64,000 nucleotides of DNA, from assembly GCA_964492335.1 (NCBI GenBank), contig CAZBJX010000003.1, positions 26,919 to 90,918 on the forward strand. The letters run 5' to 3'. The DNA comes from an uncultured Dehalococcoidia bacterium (GTDB taxonomy: Bacteria > Chloroflexota > Dehalococcoidia > UBA2247 > RBG-13-53-26). A program made the translations under genes and the position numbers. Shown piece after piece: positions 54,317 to 62,561 of the stretch. The notes under the pieces were generated by a model, which was given only the letters and a program-made list of their open reading frames with translations, made no database searches and was not told the origin of the DNA. Each line of letters opens with the position of its first letter. Within the stretch, counting starts at the first letter, position 1.

Positions 54317-55759
54317 ATGGTAGGCATAGTGTCATACGGTGCTTATGTTCCCATCTACAGGCTGAGCCGCGAGGCCATCGGGCAGATGTGGAGCAAGGGC
54401 GTCGGCAAGGGCGAGAGGGCCATTGCCAACGCGGATGAAGACAGCATCACCATGGGCGTGGAGGCGGTCATCGACTGCCTGCGCGGTATGGACCGCAGCC
54501 AGGTGGACGGGCTCTACTTCGCCACGGACTCGCCCCCGTACATCGAGAAGCAGTCGGCCAGCATTGTCCGGGCCGCCGCCGATCTGCGGGAGGACATCCT
54601 CACCTTCGACGTGTCCCACTCGCTGCGGGGCGCCGGGTCGGCCATGAGGGCGGCAGCGGACGCAGTGGGTGCCGGCAGCGCCAGCAAGGTCCTGGTGGCG
54701 GCCTCGGAGAGGCGCATACCGCCCCCGAACTCCGACTTCGAGCTGCAGGTCGGCGACGGGGCGGCGGCGTTCCTCATGGGCGACACCGACGTGGCGGCGG
54801 AGCTTGAAGGGAGCTACCACCTGAGCGCCGAGTTCCTGGATGTGTGGCGCAAGCCCGGGGACACCTACGTGCAGACCACCGAGGAGCGCTTTCTGCGGGA
54901 TGAAGCCTATATGAAGATGACGCCGCAGGCGGTGGCGGGGCTCCTCCAGAAGCTCAAGCTCACTCCGAAGGACATCACCAGGGCGGCCTTCTATGCTACC
55001 GACCCCAGGTCCCACGCCTCGATCGCCAGGGCCATGAAGCTGGACCCCAAGACCCAGGTGCAGGACCCCCTGCTGGAGAGCGTGGGCAACACCGGCACCG
55101 CCCTGGCCCCCATGGTCCTGGTGGCGGCCCTGGAGGAGTCCAGGCCGGGGGACCGGATTCTCTTCGCCACCTACGGGGACGGCGCAGATGCCTTCCTGTT
55201 CAAGGTCACCGACCAGATCGAGAAGATCAGGGACCGCCGGGGCATCAAAAAGCACGTGGCGTCCAAGATGATGCTGCCCAACTACGGCAAGTACGTGGAG
55301 ATCCGCGAGCTCATGGAGTGGGAGTCCCCGCGCCGCGGGGCGCGGCGGTCGGCGCTGCCGGTGCTCTGGCGCGAGAGGAAGATGATCTACGGCCTGTACG
55401 GCCAGGTGTGCCGGTCATGCGGCAACATACAGTACCCCCGCCAGAGGATCTGCATCTTCTGCCAGGCCAAGGACAACTTCGATCCCGTCCGGCTGTCGGA
55501 CAAGACCGGGAAGGTCTTCACCTTCAGCATGGACCAGCGGGCCCAGGAGATCGTCCTGCCCAAGGTGTTCACCGTGGTCAACCTGGACGGCGGCGGGCGC
55601 TTCTACAGCGTGATGACGGACCGCGACACCAGCAAGATAACCGTGGGCATGCCCGTGGAGATGACCTTCCGCATTCAGATGGGCCCCTCGGAGGGCCTGC
55701 CCCTGGAGGGCTCGGGGTTCTACAACTACTTCTGGCGGGTACGCCCCATCAGGTGCTAA
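54317..55759 (+). CDS. archaeal-type HMG-CoA synthase-like protein fused to C-terminal DUF35 (zinc ribbon + OB fold); canonical active-site Cys apparently absent
   Basis: N-terminus MVGIVSYGAYVPIYRLSREAIGQMW...ANADEDSITMGVEA resembles archaeal HMGCS. Last ~130 aa carry CRSCGNIQYPRQRICIFC plus a beta-rich OB region, the DUF35 layout. Only one Cys (DCLRG) in the first 350 aa; the expected catalytic Cys position reads TFDVSHSLRGAGSAM. Confidence 0.7.
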   Translation: MVGIVSYGAYVPIYRLSREAIGQMWSKGVGKGERAIANADEDSITMGVEAVIDCLRGMDRSQVDGLYFATDSPPYIEKQSASIVRAAADLREDILTFDVSHSLRGAGSAMRAAADAVGAGSASKVLVAASERRIPPPNSDFELQVGDGAAAFLMGDTDVAAELEGSYHLSAEFLDVWRKPGDTYVQTTEERFLRDEAYMKMTPQAVAGLLQKLKLTPKDITRAAFYATDPRSHASIARAMKLDPKTQVQDPLLESVGNTGTALAPMVLVAALEESRPGDRILFATYGDGADAFLFKVTDQIEKIRDRRGIKKHVASKMMLPNYGKYVEIRELMEWESPRRGARRSALPVLWRERKMIYGLYGQVCRSCGNIQYPRQRICIFCQAKDNFDPVRLSDKTGKVFTFSMDQRAQEIVLPKVFTVVNLDGGGRFYSVMTDRDTSKITVGMPVEMTFRIQMGPSEGLPLEGSGFYNYFWRVRPIRC

Positions 55760-55771
55760 GGAGAGATAACG

Positions 55772-56989
55772 ATGGAAAGCTTGAAGGACAAAGTAGCCAT
55801 AGTCGGCATGGGGTGCACCCCCTTCGGTGAGTTCTGGGACAAGGACATCGTGGACCTCATAGTGGAGGCGTCCGACGAGGCGTTCACCGACGCCGGGGTC
55901 ACGGCCAAGGACATGCAGGCGGCCTGGGTGGGGTACACCGTGCAGGACAACGCCATGACCGGGATCATTCTCTCCAGCGCCCTGCAGCTGCAGTTCATAC
56001 CGGTGACCCGGGTGGAGAACGCCTGCGGGACCGGCGCCGAGGTCATCAGGGGAGCGGTGATGTCGCTGGCCTCCAAGACCTATGACCTGGTGCTGGCGGT
56101 GGGTTTCGAGAAGATGAAGGATGCCGGGTTCGGCGGCATCGGGCAGGCCTGGCCGGGCAAGTGGCACCCGGTATACGGCGCGGCGCCCGAGGTGGGCGGC
56201 GCGGTGGGCCGGTATGCCCTGGCGGCTACCAAGTACTTCTCCACCTACGGGCTGAGCCCGGAGCAGGGCAAGACCATGCTGGCCAAGGTGTCGGTCAAGG
56301 CCCACTACAACGGCTCCCGCAATCCCCGGGCCATGCTGCGCAACCGGATCACCATCGAGCAGGTCATGAACGCCCCCATCATCGCCTGGCCCCTGGGCCT
56401 GTTCGACTGCTGCGGCATCTGCGACGGGGCGTCGGCGGCCATCCTGTGCCGCACCGAGGACGCGAAGCGCTACCGCCCCAATGGCGACTACATCACGGTG
56501 AAGGCCTCGGCCATCGCCTGCGGCCCGGGGTGGGGCAAGGAGCGGGTGAACTACGGGTACACCGTCTGGGAAGAGACCGAGGCGGCGGCCATTCAGGCCT
56601 ACGAGATGGCCGGCATCAAGGACCCCCGCAAGGAGCTCAGCATGGCCGAGGTCCACGACTGCTTCTCCATCGCCGAGGTGATAGCCTGCGAGTCCATGCA
56701 CCTGTGCGAGAAGGGCCATGCCCGGGAGGACATCGAGTCCGGCGCCTGGGAGCAGGACGGCGACCTTCCGGTCAATGTCAGCGGCGGGTTGAAGGCCTTC
56801 GGGCACCCGGCGGGCGCCTCCGGCGGCCGGGAGGTCTACGAGTTCTATAAGCAGTTCCAGGGGAAGGCCGAGGACCCCTCGCGGCAGTTGAAGAAGGACC
56901 TGAAGATGGGGCTGTCGCACAACCAGGGCGGGCACCCGGGCAACTTCGTGGCCGGGATCACCATAGTCGGCGAGCCGCCGTCCAGGTAG
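55772..56989 (+). CDS. thiolase (archaeal/SCP-x-type acetyl-CoA C-acyltransferase)
   Basis: 405 aa; VAIVGMGCTPFG, nucleophile region VENACGTGAEV, C-terminal catalytic Cys/His region (DCFSIAEV, GGHPGNF). Confidence 0.82.
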   Translation: MESLKDKVAIVGMGCTPFGEFWDKDIVDLIVEASDEAFTDAGVTAKDMQAAWVGYTVQDNAMTGIILSSALQLQFIPVTRVENACGTGAEVIRGAVMSLASKTYDLVLAVGFEKMKDAGFGGIGQAWPGKWHPVYGAAPEVGGAVGRYALAATKYFSTYGLSPEQGKTMLAKVSVKAHYNGSRNPRAMLRNRITIEQVMNAPIIAWPLGLFDCCGICDGASAAILCRTEDAKRYRPNGDYITVKASAIACGPGWGKERVNYGYTVWEETEAAAIQAYEMAGIKDPRKELSMAEVHDCFSIAEVIACESMHLCEKGHAREDIESGAWEQDGDLPVNVSGGLKAFGHPAGASGGREVYEFYKQFQGKAEDPSRQLKKDLKMGLSHNQGGHPGNFVAGITIVGEPPSR

Positions 56990-57011
56990 GAGGCACGGCG
57001 GGTCCGGTTTG

Positions 57012-57180
57012 TGATACAATCGAGTATTGCTGAAGACAGCAGGTGCCCCTGGGCCTGCCGGCGCAGGGCCGCAGACCCGGGGGCTTAATGCGGTAAGTCC
57101 GCCTGCCGAGGCGAAATGACCACAGGCAAACTGGTCCATGGGAGCCCCGGGGCGGCATGCTTCGGGGCTCATTGTTTGTG
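57012..57180 (+). promoter_or_regulatory. rplJ leader: extended -10 promoter (TGnTACAAT) and attenuator hairpin
   Basis: TGATACAAT at 57012-57020; hairpin GAGCCCCG-gggcggcaugcuu-CGGGGCUC at 57142-57170 followed by AUUGUUUGUG, the classic L10-leader arrangement. Confidence 0.5.
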
Positions 57181-57204
57181 CGAGGAGGGGACAGGGGAAG
57201 AAGG

Positions 57205-57735
57205 ATGAAGAAAGAGAAGAAACCTGAGGCGGTCCAGAGGACCCAGAAAGCGCTCACCGAGTCCCGCATGGGCGTGGTCACCGACTACCGCGGCATGACC
57301 GTGGCGCAGATGAGCAAGCTGCGGCGGATGCTGGCGGAGTCCGGCGTCGAGTATCGGGTGGTCAAGAACAACCTGGCTGTCATCGCCGCCAGGAATGCCG
57401 GCAGGGAGCAGATCACGGACCTGCTGGTGGGCCCCTCGGCGGTGGCCTTCGGCCGGGACGACGAGGTGACGGCCGCCAGGCTGCTGGTGGAGTATATCCG
57501 GGCCAACAGGCCGCCCCTCTCCATCAGGGGGGGGTTCCTGCATGACCGGGTGCTGACTGCGGACGAGGTGGCGGCGCTGGCCGCCATGCCGCCGCGGGAC
57601 TTCATGGTGGCCCGGGTGGTGTGGCAGATCAAGTCCCCGCTGAGTATGCTGGTAACCGTGCTCAGCGCCAACCTGTCGGGGCTGGCGCGTGTCTTGCAGG
57701 CCAGGAAGGAACAACTGGAAGGAGGATCCCGGTAA
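57205..57735 (+). CDS. rplJ: 50S ribosomal protein L10
   Basis: Start [13 protein letters not shown]; [33 protein letters not shown]; TAATG overlap with rplL. Confidence 0.92.
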   Translation: MKKEKKPEAVQRTQKALTESRMGVVTDYRGMTVAQMSKLRRMLAESGVEYRVVKNNLAVIAARNAGREQITDLLVGPSAVAFGRDDEVTAARLLVEYIRANRPPLSIRGGFLHDRVLTADEVAALAAMPPRDFMVARVVWQIKSPLSMLVTVLSANLSGLARVLQARKEQLEGGSR

Positions 57736-58115
57736 TGAACAAGGAAGAGATCATCGCCGCCATCAAGGGCATGACGGTCCTGGAGCTATCCGAGCTGGTC
57801 AAGGCCCTGGAGACCGAGTTCGGGGTGAGCGCGGCGGCGGTGGCCATGGCCGCCCCTGCGGCCGGCCCGGCGGCGGCTGCCCCGGCGGCGCCGGTGGAAG
57901 AGCAGACCGCTTTCACGGTCATCCTCAAGGAGATCGGCGCCAATAAGATCAACGTGATCAAGGCGGTGAGGGAGTGCACCACCCTGGGCCTCAAGGAGGC
58001 CAAGGAACTGGTGGAGGCGGCGCCCAAGGCGGTGAAAGAGGGCGTCACCAAGGAAGAAGCGGCAGGCGTGATGTCCAAGCTGACGGCGGCCGGCGCCGTG
58101 GCGGAAATCACCTAG
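57735..58115 (+). CDS. rplL: 50S ribosomal protein L7/L12
   Basis: [31 protein letters not shown], Ala/Pro hinge, C-terminal domain [25 protein letters not shown]. Confidence 0.95.
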   Translation: MNKEEIIAAIKGMTVLELSELVKALETEFGVSAAAVAMAAPAAGPAAAAPAAPVEEQTAFTVILKEIGANKINVIKAVRECTTLGLKEAKELVEAAPKAVKEGVTKEEAAGVMSKLTAAGAVAEIT

Positions 58116-58147
58116 ACCGGCTGGCAGTAACGGTTTGCGGGACCCTG

Positions 58148-58180
58148 GCGGAGCCTTTTCCGAGAGGAAGGCTCCGCTTT
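58148..58180 (+). terminator. rho-independent terminator after rplL (bidirectional hairpin)
   Basis: GCGGAGCCUU-uuccgagagg-AAGGCUCCGC-UUU; perfect 10-bp stem. Confidence 0.7.
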
Positions 58181-58202
58181 CCGCTGGAGCCGGGAGGCCG
58201 GG

Positions 58203-58841
58203 CTAGCTGGAGGCGTAGTCCAGGACCACCACCCTGGTTTCCGGCGGGAGGTTGGACCGGGTCACCGTCAGCTTCGGCTGGGGGAGCACTTCCCTCATAC
58301 CCATTCCGGAGGTGAACCCCTCCAGCGGCTCCAGCCAGGGAGTGACCCCGGTGTGGTAGTGCATGGGGATGACGATCTTGGGGTTGAGCAGGCGGACGAC
58401 CTCCGCGGCCCCCCTGGCGTCAATGGTGGACACCCCGCCCACCGGGATGAACAGGACATCGATGGCGGAGAGCTCCTCGATCTGCTTCGACGACAGGGCG
58501 TGGCCCAGGTCCCCCAGGTGACAGAGCCTCAGGTCCTCCGCCTCTATCACGAAGACGGTGTTGCGGCCCCGGTTGGCCCCCTGCACTGCGTCATGGAAGG
58601 TGGGGATCCCGATGATGAAGACGCCCTTGATCTCGTATTCCCCGGGGCGGCTGACCACCCTGGGGCTGCCCTCCACGCCGCCGGGGTTGTTGTGGCCGGG
58701 ATGGGAGTGGCTGACGGTCACGATGCTGGCCGACGGGTCCGGCCACGGGTACCCCAGGGTGGCGTCGAAGGGGTCGGTGATCAAGAAGAGGTCCTTGATC
58801 TTCATGCGGAAGCACGCGTGCCCCAGCCAGGTGATGTCCAT
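58203..58841 (-). CDS. MBL-fold metal-dependent hydrolase (UPF0173-like)
   Basis: 212 aa; MDITWLGHACF, SHSHPGHNN (HxHxxH-type), later His/Asp ligands. Confidence 0.78.
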   Translation of the reverse strand: MDITWLGHACFRMKIKDLFLITDPFDATLGYPWPDPSASIVTVSHSHPGHNNPGGVEGSPRVVSRPGEYEIKGVFIIGIPTFHDAVQGANRGRNTVFVIEAEDLRLCHLGDLGHALSSKQIEELSAIDVLFIPVGGVSTIDARGAAEVVRLLNPKIVIPMHYHTGVTPWLEPLEGFTSGMGMREVLPQPKLTVTRSNLPPETRVVVLDYASS

Positions 58842-59461
58842 CAGGCCCGGTCACCCCTGCCCGGCTGGCTGGGCAGGACCGCGACGGCCACGCCGGCGGC
58901 CAGGGCCGCCTTCAGCAGGTCTCCCACCAGGAAGGGAATGACGCCCCTGGTGACCGCCTCGCTGAAGCCCATGTGGAAGGTGACGCCCAGGTAGATGGCG
59001 CCGATCGTCAGGATGACCATCATGGCCGTGGACATCAGCCAGGCCTGTCCCCAGAATCCCCGCAGGGCCGGGTGCTTCTGGGTGAGGCGGCCGACCAGGA
59101 AGGCCGCCACCACGAACCCCGCGAGGTAGCCCAGGGTGGGGGAGTGCAGAAGGTACTGGAGGCCTCCCTCGTGGGCCTGGAACCAGGGGACGCCGCAGGC
59201 CCCCAGGGCCAGGTAGAAGAGGACGCTGAGAGCGCCGAACCAGGGGCCCAGGGCCATGCCGCTGGCGAGGACTCCCAGGTTCTGGCCGGTCAGCGGAACG
59301 GGGGTGAACCCCAGGGGTATTCTCACCTGGGCCAGGAGGCCGGTGACGCAGGCCATGGCCACGGCCAGCGCTATCTTCCGGGGCACGCTCAGCTCGTTGC
59401 GCCAGGTGTAGGCGTCAAGCCGGAAGGAACGGTATCTCTGAAGATAGCTGCTGATGGCCAT
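58841..59461 (-). CDS. bioY: BioY-family biotin transporter S-component
   Basis: Start MAISSYLQ; IPLGFTPVPLTGQNLGVLASGMALGPWFGALSVLFYLALGACGVPWF typical of BioY. Confidence 0.8.
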   Translation of the reverse strand: MAISSYLQRYRSFRLDAYTWRNELSVPRKIALAVAMACVTGLLAQVRIPLGFTPVPLTGQNLGVLASGMALGPWFGALSVLFYLALGACGVPWFQAHEGGLQYLLHSPTLGYLAGFVVAAFLVGRLTQKHPALRGFWGQAWLMSTAMMVILTIGAIYLGVTFHMGFSEAVTRGVIPFLVGDLLKAALAAGVAVAVLPSQPGRGDRA

Positions 59462-59693
59462 GCTGCCTCCTCGTAACGATGAGCAAAGTATATGAGAACC
59501 GGGCTGGCCAGTCAACCGCTCCACTCCAGGCCCAAATCCGTGGATTCCTTGGGCGCAGGGTGCAGTGTGGGTGTTTTGGCAGGTTGACCAGCGTCTTTTG
59601 CCGGGTATCTACCTGTCAGGCCGGTCTGTGGGATGGGGTCCTCGTCAGTTATGTCTGCTTTGTGGCTTCGGCGCCTCAGGCGGCCCATGCCGC

Positions 59694-60794
59694 CTAGTCC
59701 CAGCGGAAGAAGCGCACCGTGACGGCCAGGCTGACGGCCACCCAGCCGGCCAGGACGGCCACATCCGTGCCCATGGAATGCAGCGGGGTGCCGCCCACCA
59801 TGATCTGCCGCAGGGCGTCGTTGAGGTAGGTCAGCGGGAGGGCCTTGATAAGGGGCTCGATGAAGGAGGGCATGCTGGTGATCTCGAAGAAGGTGCCGGA
59901 CAGGAACATCATGGGCATGGTGATGACGTTGATGACGGGTATGGCCGCCTCCTCGGTCTTCACGAAGGCGGCCGTGAGGTAGCCCAGGCTGGTGAAAACC
60001 AGGGAGCCCAGGATGACCACCCCGGCCAGCGCCAGCCAGTTGCCCACCATCTGCACGTCGAAGACGAGCCTCCCCACCAGGATGATGAGGGCGGCGGTCA
60101 GCACCACCAGTATCATGCGGAAGGCCAGGTCGCCGAAGATCAGGGTGGAGCGCCGCAGCGGCGTGCAGGAGAGGCGCTTGATGATGCGGGCCTGTCTCTG
60201 CTGGATGACGGGCAGGCCGGCGTAGATGCCGGAGAACATCAGGGACATCCCGAGGACTCCCGGGACCAGGTAGTCGATGTAGCGCAGCTCGTGGGACTGG
60301 ACGCTCAGCTGCTCGAGGCTGATCAGGGGGGCCGTGCCCTGTATGGCCTGGTCCAGGCCGGCGATCACCTGGTGCAGGATGGGGACCAGCACCTGCTGGT
60401 TGGAGGCGCGGCTGGGGTCGTAGTAGGCCCGGATGGCCGCGGGCTGCTTCGCGGCCAGGGAGGGGTCCAGGGTGGCCGGGATGACGATGACCGCGGCCAG
60501 CTTGCCGCTCTGCAGCGATGCCATGAGGTCGTCCATGGCCCCGGGCCGGACCCTGAAGACCCTGCCCCCGTCCTCCAGGACCACGCTGTCCAGGGCCTGC
60601 GTGACCATGGAGGCGGCCTGCGGCGAGCCCTCGTCCACCAGCCCGACATCGAAGCTCTGGGCTCCCACGTTGCGGAAGGCCCACCCGAAGAGGAGGATGA
60701 ACATGATGGGGAAGATGAAGGTGAAGAAGAGGGCGCCGCGGTCCCTGATGAACTGCAGGTAGTGGGAGCGGAAGACGGCGCGGAAGGCCTTCAA
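59694..60794 (-). CDS. ABC-2 type transporter permease
   Basis: Probable TTG start overlapping the ATPase stop (TTGA). 6 TM ABC-2 exporter layout with periplasmic loop between TM1 and TM2. The N-terminal extension of ORF 59694..61202 runs through the ATPase gene in another frame and is rejected. Confidence 0.7.
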   Translation of the reverse strand: MKAFRAVFRSHYLQFIRDRGALFFTFIFPIMFILLFGWAFRNVGAQSFDVGLVDEGSPQAASMVTQALDSVVLEDGGRVFRVRPGAMDDLMASLQSGKLAAVIVIPATLDPSLAAKQPAAIRAYYDPSRASNQQVLVPILHQVIAGLDQAIQGTAPLISLEQLSVQSHELRYIDYLVPGVLGMSLMFSGIYAGLPVIQQRQARIIKRLSCTPLRRSTLIFGDLAFRMILVVLTAALIILVGRLVFDVQMVGNWLALAGVVILGSLVFTSLGYLTAAFVKTEEAAIPVINVITMPMMFLSGTFFEITSMPSFIEPLIKALPLTYLNDALRQIMVGGTPLHSMGTDVAVLAGWVAVSLAVTVRFFRWD

Positions 60795-61741
60795 TCCCGT
60801 ATCCTCTTCCCGGTCAGCTTGAGGAAGACGTCCTCCAGCGTGGCCTGGCGGACGAACAGCTCGGACAGCTTCGCGGAGCGCTCCTCCGCCAGGGCCAGCA
60901 GCCCGGCGATGGCGGAGGGGATGTCGTTGGTGTAAACGATGATCTCGTCCTGGTCCCGGTGGACCTTGCAGACGGCGGGCAGGCTGCCGATCACGTCGTC
61001 GCCGGGGTAGCCCTCCATCTTGAACTGGATGGCGCTTTCCCTGATGTGGGACTCGATGAGCCGCCCGGGGGTGTCCAGGGCGATGATCTGCCCGTAGTCC
61101 ATAATGGCGATGCGGTCGCAGAGCCGCTGCGCCTCCTCCATGTAGTGGGTGGTCAGCACCACCGTCTTTCCCGTGTGGCTGAAGGTGTCGATCACGTCCC
61201 ACATGGCGCGCCGCGCCTGGGGGTCCAGCCCGGTGGTGGGTTCGTCCAGGAAGATGATCTCCGGGTCGTTGATGAAGGCCAGGGCCACCGAGAGCCGCTG
61301 CTGCTGGCCCCCGGAGAGGTTCTTGAACCGCACGTTGCGGCTGGCCTCCATGGCCGCCATTCGGATTATCTGCGAAGCTGGCAGCGACTTGCGGTACAGG
61401 CCGCAGAAGAACCCCACCATCTCCCGGACGGTGAGGTTGGGGAAGAGGGCCGGGCTCTGCGGCTGGACGCCGATGCGCTCCTTCACCGCCCGGGAGTCCT
61501 TCGAGACGTCTATGCCCAGCACGGTGGCAGTGCCCCTGTCGGCCGGGCGCAGGCCCTCCACGATCTCCACGGTGGTGGTCTTGCCGGCCCCGTTGGGGCC
61601 CAGCATGCCGAACACCTCCCCCCGGAAGACCTGAAAGCTGATGCCGTCCACGGCCTTGACGGCGCCGTAGGACTTGACCAGGCCGGCGACCTCGATGACG
61701 CTGTTGCCTTGTGCGGTCATGTCTTCAGCGGAGGGGCTCAC
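60791..61741 (-). CDS. ABC transporter ATP-binding protein
   Basis: Walker A GPNGAGKTT, signature LSGGQQQRL, Walker B IIFLDEPTTGLD, H-loop TTHYM. Confidence 0.9.
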   Translation of the reverse strand: MSPSAEDMTAQGNSVIEVAGLVKSYGAVKAVDGISFQVFRGEVFGMLGPNGAGKTTTVEIVEGLRPADRGTATVLGIDVSKDSRAVKERIGVQPQSPALFPNLTVREMVGFFCGLYRKSLPASQIIRMAAMEASRNVRFKNLSGGQQQRLSVALAFINDPEIIFLDEPTTGLDPQARRAMWDVIDTFSHTGKTVVLTTHYMEEAQRLCDRIAIMDYGQIIALDTPGRLIESHIRESAIQFKMEGYPGDDVIGSLPAVCKVHRDQDEIIVYTNDIPSAIAGLLALAEERSAKLSELFVRQATLEDVFLKLTGKRIRD

Positions 61742-62388
61742 CCTTCCCGCTCGTTCCAGGCATCTTCGCCGATGAGGGGGACCCAGCGGCAGGGGCCCAG
61801 GTCCTCCATCACCGTGTCGCTCTCTCTCTTGACCACCCTGATCAGGTTCTGCTCGTATCGCGAGCCCACGGGCACGATGAGCCGGCCGCCCACGGCCAGC
61901 TGGTCCACCAGGGCCTGCGGCACCCGGGGTGCGCCGGCGCTGACCACCATGGCGTCATAGGGGGCCTCTGACGGCCAGCCCAGCGTGTCCCCGGCCAGGT
62001 GGACCTCTATGTTGCGGTAGCCCAGCCTGTGCAGGGTCTGGGCGGCCTGGCGGGCCAGCGCGGCGTGACGCTCCACGGTAACCACCCGGCGGGCCAGCTC
62101 CCCCAGGATGGCGGCCTGGTAGCCGCTGCCGGTGCCCACCTCCAGCACCTTCTCCGGGCCCTGCAGGTCGAGGGCCGCGGTCATTATGGCCACGATCAGC
62201 GGCTGCGAGATGGTCTGCCCGTGGCCAATGGGAAGGGGCCGGTCTTCGTAGGCGGAGGGCCACTGGCCGCTGTCGACGAACATCTCGCGGGGCACGCGGG
62301 CCATGGCCGCCAGCACCCGGTCGTCCCGGACTTCGCGGCGCAGGAGGTCCACGAGGCGGTGGCGCTCTGCGGAGAAATCGGTGGTCAA
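61738..62388 (-). CDS. pcm: protein-L-isoaspartate O-methyltransferase
   Basis: ISQPLIVAIMT, SAM motif VLEVGTGSGYQAAIL, VVSAGAP...LVDQLAVGGRLIVPVG. Confidence 0.88.
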   Translation of the reverse strand: MTTDFSAERHRLVDLLRREVRDDRVLAAMARVPREMFVDSGQWPSAYEDRPLPIGHGQTISQPLIVAIMTAALDLQGPEKVLEVGTGSGYQAAILGELARRVVTVERHAALARQAAQTLHRLGYRNIEVHLAGDTLGWPSEAPYDAMVVSAGAPRVPQALVDQLAVGGRLIVPVGSRYEQNLIRVVKRESDTVMEDLGPCRWVPLIGEDAWNEREG

Positions 62389-62501
62389 GGAGCTGCCCTC
62401 CCGTCTTCTTTAGATTCTAGTTGATGGGGCGGGCCCAGTCCAGAGGGGCGGGCCGGCCTGCGCCGGGCGGCATCGCCGGCCGTGTGTTATGATGTAGGAA
62501 G

Positions 62502-62525
62502 CCGCCGGCCGTTAACGGCCGGCGG
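62502..62525. promoter_or_regulatory. perfect 24-bp palindrome in the leader of the sulfatase-like gene
   Basis: CCGCCGGCCGTTAACGGCCGGCGG; preceded by an extended -10 TGTTATGAT (62485-62493) and 36 nt upstream of the ATG. Confidence 0.45.
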
Positions 62526-62561
62526 CCCTGGCTGGGCGCCATCCGCCCGGCCCCGGAGGAG

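Noticed and set aside
60795-61202. N-terminal 135 aa of ORF 59694..61202 (ABC-2 permease)
   Set aside because: This part overlaps the ABC ATPase gene in a different frame and is Gly/Arg/Pro-rich. The permease most plausibly starts at the TTG overlapping the ATPase stop.
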